A stretch of DNA of 64,000 nt from Mobula hypostoma (taxonomy: Eukaryota). How positions within the stretch are numbered: position 1 is the first letter of the stretch; each line of letters starts with the position of its first letter. The notes below the pieces were generated by a model. That model had not been told where the DNA came from. It saw only the letters and a program-made list of their open reading frames with translations, and ran no database searches. The stretch covers positions 126,978,001 through 127,042,000 of the forward strand of contig NC_086097.1 of the NCBI RefSeq assembly GCF_963921235.1. The letters are read 5' to 3'. The position numbers and the translations under genes are program-made. This document shows positions 1 to 10,789 of this stretch, piece after piece.

Positions 1-604
1 ATCATCTTCCCAAGCACCTTCTCCCTAGTTATAGCAACAACACTCACTTCTGACCCCTGACACTCTCAAATTTCTAGCATACTGCTAGTGTCTTCCACAT
101 TGAAGACTGACGCAAAATGCTTATTAAGTTCATCTTCCATTTCATAGTCCCTATTACTGCCTCTCTGGTGTAATGTTCCAATGGTCCAATATCCACTTTG
201 GCCTCTCTTCTGTTCTTTATATAAGCTGAAAAAACTTCTGGTGCCCTCTTTTATATTATTGGCTAGCTTGTCTTCATATCTTGTCTTTTCTCTCTTATGG
301 CTTTTTAGTTGCCCTCTGTTTCTCCAAGCTTCCCAATCCTCTAACTTCCTGCTAACTTTTGCTATATTATATGACCTCTCTTTTGCTTTTGTGCTGTCTT
401 TGACTTCCCTTGTCAGCCAAGGTTGCCTCATTCTTCCTTTAGAATACTTCTTCATCTTTGGGATGTATCTAATCTGCACCTTCTGAATTGCTCCTAGAAA
501 CTCCAGCAATTGCCTTTCAGCCGTCATCCCTGCTAGTTTCCCCTTCTTTGGCCAGCTCCTTACTCATGCCTTTGTAGTTCCCATTATTCCACGGTAATAC
601 TGAT
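1..604 (-). mobile_element. CR1-like LINE ORF2 fragment (part interrupted by the HERO-like element)
   Basis: Translations QPWLTREVKD..K, LANNIK...FF, LNKHFASVF are typical of the CR1 ORF2 linker. Confidence 0.8.
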
Positions 605-908
605 CTTAGTCCAAGTGTATTTTTAACTCTTTTGTTCTGGACACCAGTGACTACCAGGAATAGTCTGGTGACAACGTGGAGAGACAGCGGACAGCCAGGG
701 AAGACTGGCACCGGGGGGTGTCAGGATTGGCAGTCCAGGCACCAGCTCAGAAGAGCACCCACCTCTTGAAGCTTCTAGTTTATACGGGGAAACATACCCT
801 CGGGGTCCTCCGAGAGGGAGGGAGAATGATGGACCCAATCGGACGGATACAGTTAATTACAGGGAACGACTACGACCAAGAGCTAGGATAAGAGGCTCTG
901 AGTGTCCA

Positions 909-3900
909 GTGTGTTGGTGTGGGAGAGCGTTTTCCAGCATTAAAGGTGTACGAATCCACCAAGCAAAGTTGAGGTGCTATTCCATCCCAGTGGATGAAGA
1001 TGAGATTACTTCACCAAGCATAGGTGATGTGGTCTTTTCAACCACTGATTCACAAGCCACAGCAATTCGCTCTGGAGAGAGGCATCATACTCCAGGTCAG
1101 ATGAGAGATAACCCAGGTCAGGTTTCAGACCACAGTACCCAGGTAGATCCTTCGCATGATGGCGGTGGTGAGGAGGTAGGGAAGAAGAGAAAGGTCAAGT
1201 GGCCAGCAATGGCAGATGAGAAGGCTTGACGTGTATTTGATGAGGATATCAGTATGATGTTGGAGAACACTCTCAGGGGAACACCAAAGAGGAAGTTGGA
1301 AGTGATGGGCAATATGATTTTCGATGTTGGAAAGTACAGGTTTGGTTTGGTTGAGTTGAAGAAAGCAAAGCCTACACAGCAACCAAGCAGGCACCAGAAG
1401 GAGATTAGTAGGTTGAGGAGAGAGCTTAGATTGTTGAGACTGAGGTGGAAGGTAGCAAGTGAGGGTGACAAGCCAGGGCTTGCTGATCTCCGAGAGCATT
1501 TTCGATTAAAGTTAGCATCACTCTGTCGTGCAGAGTCACAACGTCAAAAGAGAAAGAAGAGAGAGAAGGCAAGAAAGTCGTTCTTTGAGAACCCTCATGA
1601 GTTCACAAAGAAACTGTTTGAACAAAGTAAGAGTGGGCAGCTTAACATCTCTCAACAAGAACTTGAGGATCACCTGGCAAGCACTTACTCTAACGAACAG
1701 CGGGAGGCTCCTTTGCTTGACATTTCAGGGCTTGTGAAGCCTACCAAGCCAGGAGTGAAGTTCAATCTGTCAGAACCCAAACTGGCAGAAGTCGAACGGT
1801 TCATCAGAAAGGCAAGGTCAGGCTCAGTGCCAGGACCTAATGGAGTGCCGTATAACGTGTTCAAGAAGTGTGAACAGCTGAGAAAATACTTGTGGAGATT
1901 GTTAAAGGTGGTGTGGAGACAAGGTGTTGTTCCTTTGTCATGGAGTGAGGCTGAAGGAGAAAACATCCCGAAGGAAGAGAATTCTTCTATATTGAATCAG
2001 TTCCAACCAATTTCACTCCTGAATGTAGAGGGGAAGATTATGTTTGGCTTTCTGGCAGAAAGAATATCTTCATTTGTGATAGAGAATGGATTAGTAAATA
2101 CATCTGTGCAGAAGGCAGGAATACCAGGCTTCCCGGGATGCCTTGAACATTCTAGTATGATATGGCATACCGTCCAGGAGTCAAAAAGGTTGAGAATAAA
2201 TCTGGCTGTAGTTTGGCTTGATCTGGCAAATGCATATGGTTCTGTTCCCCATGTCCTGATTGAGTTTGCGATGGAATTCCTATGGATTCCTGCTAAGGTG
2301 AGGAACTTGGTTATGCAGTCCTGCAACGATTTCCGGATGAGGTTTTCCACTCAGCAGTTTACAACTAGGAGGCAGAGCTTGGATGTTGGAATCCCAATGG
2401 GATGTGCGATTTCACCCATCCTTTTTGTGTTAGCCGTGGAGGTCATTGTGAGGGCTGCAGAATCAGTGGGACCAGGTGTCGCACTTGATGGCGGAGGGGA
2501 GTTACCACCAATACGAGCGTTCATGGACGATCTCACCCTTTTGGGTCCCAGCACAGAGGCAGTGGAAAATGTACTAGCTAGACTCAAGGAGCTCATGGAT
2601 TGGGGAAGAATGAAGTTCAAGACCAAGAAGTCAAGGAGCCTTGTTCTCAGGAGAGGAAAGCTGGTTGACTTTCATTTCACCCTTTGTGGAGAGGAGATTC
2701 CATCCATTCAGGACCAACCAGTTAAGAGCCTTGTGCGATGGTACACAGAGGAGCTGAGAGACACCAAGAGGGTTCAAGAGACAGGAGAACAGATCAATAG
2801 AGGTCTGATGTCTGTTGACAAGTGTGGCTTGCCTGGCAAGTTGAAGTTGTGGTGCTTGCAGTATGGACTGATGCCATGGATAATGTGGCCACTAACTGTC
2901 TATGAGGTGGCAATGTCCCATGTTGAGGCAATGGAATGGAAGATCAACAAGTATGTGAAGAAGTGGCTTGGAGTACCGAGCAGCCTCACCAATGTTGCAA
3001 TCCACAGTAGCCAGACAAAGCTTACCATCCCAGTGCAATCCCTCATTGAAGAGGTCAAGGTTGCCAAGGTAAGATCATTCTTGATGCTTTGAGACTCAAA
3101 AGACCCTGTCATCAAGAATACCCAGCCAGATGTGAGATCAGACAGGAAGTGGTCAGCCCGTGTAGCAGTTGATGAGGCAGAGTCTAGACTGAAGCACAAA
3201 GAGACGGTTGGGACTATCCAGTTAGGCCACCAGGGACTTGGGTGGACAACCCACAAGTGGTGGTCATCTTCTACAGGTAAGGAGTGCCGTGAGCTTGTAA
3301 CACAAGAAATACGAGAGGTAGAAGAGGAGAAGAGGTTAGCTAAAACAGCTGGCCTGGCCAAACAAGGGGCTTGGACTTGGTGGGAAAGTGTTGAACAACG
3401 ACATCTATCTTGGAATGTTCTGTGGCAGATGGAACCGCTCCGTATTTCTGTTCTATGCAGAGCAGCGTACGATCTGCTCCAAACACCTGCCAACCTCAGC
3501 ACCTGGTATGAAGGTAAGACAGGCAGGTGTGCTGCTTGTGGCGAGAAGGGAACACTTCAACATATTTTGAGTGCATGCAGAGTCAATCTTTCCAGCGGCA
3601 TATACATATGGAGACATAACAACTTTCTCAAAGTTGTAACAGAAGCGGTTGAGCAGAGAGTACTGCAGCACAACTTATCTCAAACCCCATGCTGCACAGA
3701 ACATCGCATATTATTTGTGAAAGAAGGCTCCAAGTCAAGGGTGTACAGCGCAGGCTCACGATCAAGCATACTTTCTTCAGCCAATGATTGGTGTGTCAAG
3801 GCCGACCTGGATGGGAAAGGCAGTTTCCCGGAGCAAATAGCTTTCACCACATTGCGTCCAGATATATTTGTATGGTCTAACACCAGTAGAGAAGTGGTTA

Positions 3901-4187
3901 TTGGTGAACTCACAGTCCCCTGGGAAGACAACATCGATGAAGCCCATGAGCGCAAGTTAACCAAGTATGGAGAATTAAGATCAGAGTGCAGAGACAGAGG
4001 GTGGAAGGTCTCATGCTATCCATTTGAAGTAGGCTGCCGTGGGTTTATTGCGTTCACTCTCCAGAAGTGGCTGCGTGACCTTGGCTTCACTAGAAGAGAG
4101 ATCAAGTCAACCAGCAGGGCTGTAGCTGAGGCAGCAGAGAAAGGATCAGCATGGATGTGGACCAAGTATGTCCAGAGGGGCAGATAG
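909..4187 (+). pseudogene. HERO-like ZnF-RT-RLE polyprotein, one frame broken by two TGA stops (1227-1229, 3090-3092)
   Basis: ORFs 909-1229, 1254-3092 and 3132-4187 share a frame, which is open upstream to 672. Confidence 0.88.
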
Positions 4188-4338
4188 TCAGACAGTGTAT
4201 ACATATCTTGCAAACCCTTCAATAGTTGCATAGACACCTGAAGAGCAGACTATCTGTTGGATGGAAGTGACTGATAGTGGCAGATGCCAAGTTTTTAAGC
4301 TCACCAGGGGGAGGTGGTGCTTTAGCACTGCTGGCCCA

Positions 4339-4414
4339 CCACCTCGAGGGAGTCTTGATCATAAGCGGGCTGAAACTCCTGAAGACAGGTGGCGGATCAA
4401 CTGATGATCCCACT
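4339..4414 (+). ncRNA. Putative non-circularly permuted hammerhead ribozyme in HERO 3' UTR
   Basis: GGAGUC (4349-54) pairs with GAAACUCC (4372-79); UUGAUC (4355-60) pairs with GAUCAA (4395-4400), followed by CUGAUGA (4401-07); extra helix CCACCU/AGGUGG. Confidence 0.7.
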
Positions 4415-4465
4415 GGTGATAGCACAGGACAGTTAACATGTTAGTCCAAGTGTATTTTTAACTCT

Positions 4466-5520
4466 AAGTTTGACTTTATCTTCTCTCTCTCAAGTTGCAG
4501 GGTGAATTCCAATACACATTGTAAGGTTTCCTTTACCTTAAGTTCCCTAATCAAATCTGGTTCATTACACAACATGCAATCCAGAATTGCCATCTCATAG
4601 GTATTCTTCAAATTCCCTCTCTTGGCATCCAGCACCAACCTGATTTTCCCAGTCTACCTGCATATTGAAATCCTCATGATTATCCTAGCATTGTTGTGTT
4701 TATATGCCTTTTCTATCTCCCCTTGTAATTTGTAGCCCATTTCCTGGCTACTGTTCAAGGGGCCTGTATATACTGTAACTCCCATCTGTGTCTTTTTACC
4801 CTCGCAGTTTCTACCCACAAAGAGACTACAGTACCTCTTCCAATCCCATGTCACCTCTTTCCAAGAGTTTGATTTCAATTTTTTTGCTAACAGAGCCACT
4901 CTATTTCCTCTGCCTACCTGTCTGTCCTTTCAATACAATGTGTATCACTGGATGTTAAACTCCCTACTATGATCTTTCAACCACTATTCAGTATTGCCCA
5001 AAACATTGTACCTGCCAATCTCTAACAGAGCTCTCAGATACCTTATTCCATATACTGTTTGCATTCAAATATAACACCTTCACTCCTGTATTCATCAACT
5101 TTTCCCCCCATATTGCACTTTATCTCATCCCATTTACTGCAGTGTTGCCCTATCATCTGCCTTCCTCACAGTCTGATTACACACTGCATATGTATGTATA
5201 CCATCTGCCCCATCCTCAGCCCTATCATTCTGGTTCCCATTTCCCTGCAAAATTAGTTTAAACCCTTGCCAAAAGCTTTTACAAACCAGCCTGCAAAGAA
5301 AATTTCCACCTTGTGTTCAGGTGTGACCTATTCTTTTTGTACTTCCAGTTCCTTAGGGTTGTTTTAGTCACTGGCTACCTATTCCCTTTCTCTCTCCTCA
5401 CAATCACGTGGTTACCTGTCTTCTGCAACTTAGGGTTGACTACACCCTGTTGTTCCTATCTATTCTCATTCTTCTACATGAGACAAAGGTCATTGAGCTG
5501 CACCTCCAATTCCTTAAAAT
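4466..5520 (-). mobile_element. CR1-like LINE, APE endonuclease region (continuation of 1-604)
   Basis: AILDCMLCNEPDLIRELKVKE..EFTLQLEREKIKS; joins in frame with SVLPW at 604. Confidence 0.75.
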
Positions 5521-5544
5521 GGTCTCTAAGGAGCTAATTTAATT

Positions 5545-7745
5545 GTGGGAGTGGAATTATGACACTATTAGGCAGGAACTTGGGAGCTTAATTCAGGAAC
5601 GTTGTACTCAGGGAAATTCACAATGGAAATGTGAACATTGTTTAGGAAGCATTTGCATGGGGTTCTTTATAAGTTTATCCTATTGAGACAGGGGAAGGTT
5701 GATAGGGTACAAGAAGAAGAAGGAAGCTTAAATAAGGTTCAGAAAGCAAGGATCAGGCAGGGCTCTAGATAATTACAAAGTAGCCAGGGAGGAGCTGAAG
5801 AATGGATTAGGAGAGAAGCCCTTGACGAGTAGAATTAAGGAAAACCCCAAGGTGTTCTACACGTGTGAAGAAGAGGAGGATGACTAGACTGACGATAGGA
5901 TTGATCGGGGATAGAAGAGGAAATGTTCCTGAAGTCGATGGAGATATGGGAGGTCCTTAATGAATACCTTGCTCCAGTATTCACCAGTGAGAGGGATATT
6001 GATGATTGTGAGGGTAGCGCAAAATCAACTGATAGATTGGAACACCTTGACATTAAGAAAGAAGACCAGCATGAACTTTTGAAAAACATTAGGCTAGATG
6101 ACTCCCCAGTGCTGATAGGATATACCCCAGGTTACTACGGCAAGCAGGGGAAGAGATTACTATGCCTTTGGCAATTATCTTTGCACCCCTACTGTCTTCA
6201 GAGATTTGTTCTGGAACCCCTGCACTTTGTGATTTTTATAAATGACTTGGATGAGGAATTGGAAGAGTTGGTTAGTAAGTTTGCAGGTGATATGAAGGTT
6301 GTGGAAATTGTGAGTAGGATAGAAAGTTGTCATAGGATACAGTGGGATGGATATTGACGGGCTGCAGAGCGGGTCTGAGAGGTGGCAGATGGAGTTCAAT
6401 CTGAAGAAATATGAAGTGATTCATTTTGAAAGATCAAATTTGAAGGCAGAATACACGGTTAATGACATGATTCTTGGAATCCACGTCTACAGATCTCTCA
6501 AAGTCGCCACACAGGTTGATAGGGTGATTAACAAGGTAAGCGGTATGTTTGCCTTCATTAGTCAGGGGATTGAGTTCAAGGCCGCGAAGTAATGTTGCAG
6601 CTCTGTAAAACCCTGGTTAGACCACTCTTGAATTATTGTGTTCAATAATCCAACGTAGATTGGGAGACGCTTCACCAAGCATCTACGTTCCGTCGGCCAG
6701 AACAAGCGGGATCTGCCAGTGGCCAGCCATTTTAATCTCATTCCCATTCTGATATGTTCATCCATGGCCTCCACTGTCAGGATAAGGCCACACTTCGGTT
6801 GAAGGAACAACACCTTATATTCTGTTTGGGTAGCCTCCAACCTGATGGCATGAACATCAATTTCTCAAACTTCCAGTAATGCCTCCACCCCACACTTCTC
6901 CATTTCCCTTCCCCTTGTCCCTGTCTCTTGTTATCTCCTTGCCTGCCCATCGCCTCCCTCTGGTGCTTCTCCCGCGCCCCCCCTTCTTCTTTCTTCCATG
7001 GCCTTCTGTCTCTTTCACCGATCAATTTCCCAGCTCCTTGCTTTATCCCTCCCCCTCCAAGTTTCATCTATCGCCTGGTGTTTCTCTCTCCCATCCCCAC
7101 ACCTTTCAAATCTACTCCTCAGCTTTTTTTCTCCAGTCCTGCTGAAGGATTTCAGCCCGAAACATTGACTGTACTCTTTTCCATAGATGCTGCCTGGCCT
7201 GCTGAATTCCTCCAGCATTTTATGTGTGTTATTGTGCTCAGTTGTGGTTGCCTCATTATAGGAACGATGTAGAGGCTTTAGAGAGGGTGCAGATGAGATT
7301 TCCCAGGATGATGCTCAGATTAGAGAGCATGTCTTGTGAGGATCGGTTGATTGAGCTGAGGCTTTTCTCTTTGCAGTGAAAGAGGGTGAAAGGGCACTTA
7401 ATAGAGGTATACAAGGTGAAAAGATTGACTTTCCCAGGATGGAAATGGCAAATATGAGGAGGCATAATTTTTAGGTGGTTGGTGGAAAGTATAGAGGGGA
7501 TGTCAAAGTAAGTTCTTTACACAGGGTGATGAGTGTATGAAACACATTGTCAGGGATGGTGATAAAGGCAGATACATTAGAGACATTTAAGAAACTTCTA
7601 GAGAGATCCATGGATGATAGAAAATTGGAGGACTGTGTAGAAATGAATGAATGATTAGATTGATTTAAGAGTAGATTAAAAGGTTGGCACAATATTGTGG
7701 GCTGAATTGTCTGTACTGTGCTGCAATGTTCTATGCTCTAAAACC
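5545..7745 (+). mobile_element. Degenerate CR1-like LINE, interrupted by a Penelope fragment
   Basis: LNEYLAPVFT, FVIFINDLDE..VSKFAGD, WQMEFN..K.EVIHF; CR1-type 3' UTR ending tgttctatgctcta. Confidence 0.8.
6645..7228 (+). mobile_element. Penelope-like element 3' fragment (GIY-YIG C-terminus plus pseudo-LTR with degenerate hammerhead)
   Basis: Homologous to 19745-20068; flanked by near-identical 12-bp repeat ttattgtgYtca (6633-44, 7229-40); cagtc-ctgctga...gaaacatt-gactg at about 7134-7171. Confidence 0.75.
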
Positions 7746-8654
7746 AGATTGCTGTGTGTTCCAAACAGAGATGCAATTATGGCAAATTCTACAAAACTAT
7801 AGGGAAGCTGAGGGTGAATGTCATTTGTGCCAATTTTCATCTCGATGTAGCTCTCCTTCCCTTGAGCTTGCTTCCCAGTTTGCATATCAATAGAGAGCTA
7901 CTTGAAATTGGTGTTTTTTGAGAGCAAAATTATGACATGGTTGATGTTACTGGCCACAAAGCCAATGCAATTGTATAATAATATTTACTTTGTACCAGTT
8001 TTACTTTGATAGTAAGGAGAAACTCAATATTGCATGTTGACAGGGAACCAGTTAATGCTTGTATTATTTACTGGCAGTACAGAATGTTTTTCTGTTGTGC
8101 TTTTAAGTGGATGACTGTGGTTTTAATTCCCTGGACTTGAAGCAGTTACGAAGCATAAATCATTACAGTCTTTTCAGGCGGGCAAAAGTGCTTGCTTGCT
8201 ATTCCAGACTTTAACTTCTTCAAAATACTACAGATGCCTTAAATCTGAAACGTAAACTGAAATTCCTCGTGTTTGCTGGAAACTCAGCAGGTCAGTCAGC
8301 AACTGTGGAAAGGGAAACAGCCAGAACTGTCCTGTTTTGGTTTAATTAAAATTCTCCGTGAAATGTTTGTCTTGTAAAACTAATCTCTAATGAGACCATA
8401 ATGGACGACGTTCAGCAAGCAATATTCACGTGCACGTATTGTCCCACATAACTTCACAGGAGCATTGTCAGACAAAATATGGCAAAGACCACATGCTAAT
8501 TAGTCAGGATAGGTGAGTAACTGCTATGTCAGGGTCATGATAAGTTTAATTTATTGCACTGATCTCTGTAGTTACCTTAAAATAAGTGTTTAATTGTGCA
8601 TATCGACCACCCTCACTAAGATGGACTTGGGTAATAACTTGTTTAGGGATGGTC

Positions 8655-9300
8655 ATTGCGCAAGGGAAATCATGTCTCTCAAGTTGAGTTTTTTGAGGAG
8701 GTGACCAAGAGGATTGTCAAGGGCAGTACAGTATATGTTATCTATGTGGACTTTAGCGAGCCATTTGACAAGGTTCCACATGGTAGGCTGATGCAAAAAG
8801 TTATATCGCTTGGGATCCAGGGTGAGCTAACCAACTAAATGCAAAATTTACTTTGTGGTAGGAGTCGGAGAAATGGTAGTGAAGGGTTATTTTACAGATT
8901 AGAAGTCTGTGTTATGTCTGGGGTGCAGGAAGCTGATGGTGACTTTATCAATATTTATAAAAATCATGAGGGGCATAGACATGATGAATGGTCAGAGTCC
9001 CCCACCCCAGTTCTGGAGAACCAAAAACCAGGAGAGAGCAGAAAGGTTTAAAGAACACCTGAGAGGTAACTTTTTTCTTATATAGCTTTTTTCTTGTGTT
9101 TGGAGTGAGCTGCCAGTGGAAGCTATAGGGTGGATGCAATCACAATGTTAAAAAGACATTTGGACAGGTACATAGGATAGGAATGGTTTAGAGAAAGGTT
9201 GGCAAAGCATGGGCAAATGCCATTATCCTAAATATTCACCTTGGTTGGCATGGATGAGTTAGATCAGAGGGGCCTTTTTCTATGCTGTATGACTTTGTAA
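8655..9300 (+). mobile_element. Degenerate CR1 RT/3' fragment
   Basis: EFFEEVTKRI..G..VYVIYVDFSEPFDKVPHGRL. Confidence 0.75.
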
Positions 9301-9327
9301 CTAAATTATGAATCTATTTCATTTCAG

Positions 9328-9381
9328 GGTAGCAGAGGTGAAAAAGGAAATCCTGGCTCTCCTGGGCAACATGGTCTTTCA
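9328..9381 (+). CDS. Collagen triple-helix exon (54 bp): GSRGEKGNPGSPGQHGLS
   Basis: Acceptor tttcatttcAG, six exact Gly-X-Y triplets, donor GTAAGT at 9382; 54 bp phase 0 is the canonical collagen exon. Confidence 0.92.
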
Positions 9382-10789
9382 GTAAGTGTATTTAAGGTCA
9401 CGATCGTCTCTCAAGGAAATGATGGATTACTTAGTTTGTCAAAATCTGGTAAAGTTATGGCATTTTTGCTGCAAATCAGATTTTTTATAATGACACATGT
9501 TGGAAAACTGCTAGTTTTGCTTCCAGACAAGGTATTTTCACAGCCTATTCCTGAAATACTGCAATTGTTATTATAATTTAGACCTCAGGATATCTCTAGG
9601 TACGTGAATACGGTCCCTGTTGCCTGTTTTGTATTTTCACAATTTTATGACTTATTTATGGTCGACCATCATTTGATCTGCATCTGTGGTATGCTTTTGT
9701 AACGGAATAAATCATTTAAGTTCAGCACAGATTGTCTGCAGGATACAACAGGGATCTGTCCCTATCAACTGTTGATAACGTGAACAGTGTGGAAGTTAGA
9801 AATGTGGCCAGGAACCAATAGATGCCTCCAGCGCCCAGAAGGTCCAACCCACACTGTCAAGTCAAACTAGAGTTTCTAGACAGTATTGGGACCTAGAGGC
9901 AAAAGAAAATAAAATTTAAAAGGAATAGTAAGAATCCACTGATAGACCGGATGGAACCCACTGCCTGAGTGCTGCTTCTGCCCGGAACATCGGGAGGACC
10001 CAGCAGCATCACAGCAGCAGTCCGGGAACAGCGTTGAAATCTGCCGTAAGATACTGAACTTCAAGTAACTTTAGAGACTTTTTCATGGAAAAGAGCACTG
10101 CTGTCACTGTGTTATTGGTCAGCTCTAGCTTCATGTCACGGGGATCATCGCGCGCAGGCGCTGCTGGGAAATGGTGCGAGGTTTAAGAAGAGCTCGGGAA
10201 CCTTCGGAAAGGCACGAATTTTGTAGTTTGTATGCATTGTTATTTGCTTAACTTGTTCTACATCAGTGCACTGTGTAATGATTTTATCTATAGGAATGGT
10301 ATGCATGACGAATTTTTCACATGTCTGTACATGTGGCAACAATAAACCAATGCCACTTCCATTTCCTTTTAAGATCCCAGCAGTGTCATGTAGATCACCC
10401 ACTCCTCAAATTTCTCCACTTCCAAAAGTTCAAGGCTAGGTAGTAATTTCTCTTATCCTTGAGTTGTTGTCGTGAGTAGTCATGGTTGAGAAAGACCATT
10501 TCGACCATTTCAATTCAGTATACAAGGATAACTTTGACAGCTATCTCCCTAGCATCTGCAGAATATTTTGTGTCCCTAGTTCTTCCATGTATTAAAACAT
10601 TTGTGGAGTTTCCTGATGCAAGGCATAAATTTACAAGTTGCTTCTTGCAGGTTTAATGTTTATACTGAGGTCATTGTTCTACAAATGAAAAAATCCATTC
10701 CGTTTGCAAACCTTCAGGAAGTAACTCAACTCCTAACATTCCCAGGCTTTTCCAACATCTACAGTACAAGGCACCAAAGCAGGAGCATG

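Larger units (their letters stand above)
605..4465 (+). mobile_element. HERO-like non-LTR retrotransposon (R2 superfamily, RLE type), near full length
   Basis: N-terminal zinc finger CWCGRAFSSIKGVRIHQAKLRC, RT (GPNG, QKAG, LDLANAYGSV, GIPMG, FMDD), CCHC CAACGEKGTLQHILSAC, RHN, REL nuclease RPDI..ELTVPWE..K..KY; 25-bp direct repeats at 606-630 and 4441-4465. Confidence 0.9.

Noticed and set aside
606..630. 25-bp repeat as an ordinary target-site duplication
   Set aside because: The host CR1 frame is restored only when both copies are removed, and the repeat takes part in pairing with element sequence
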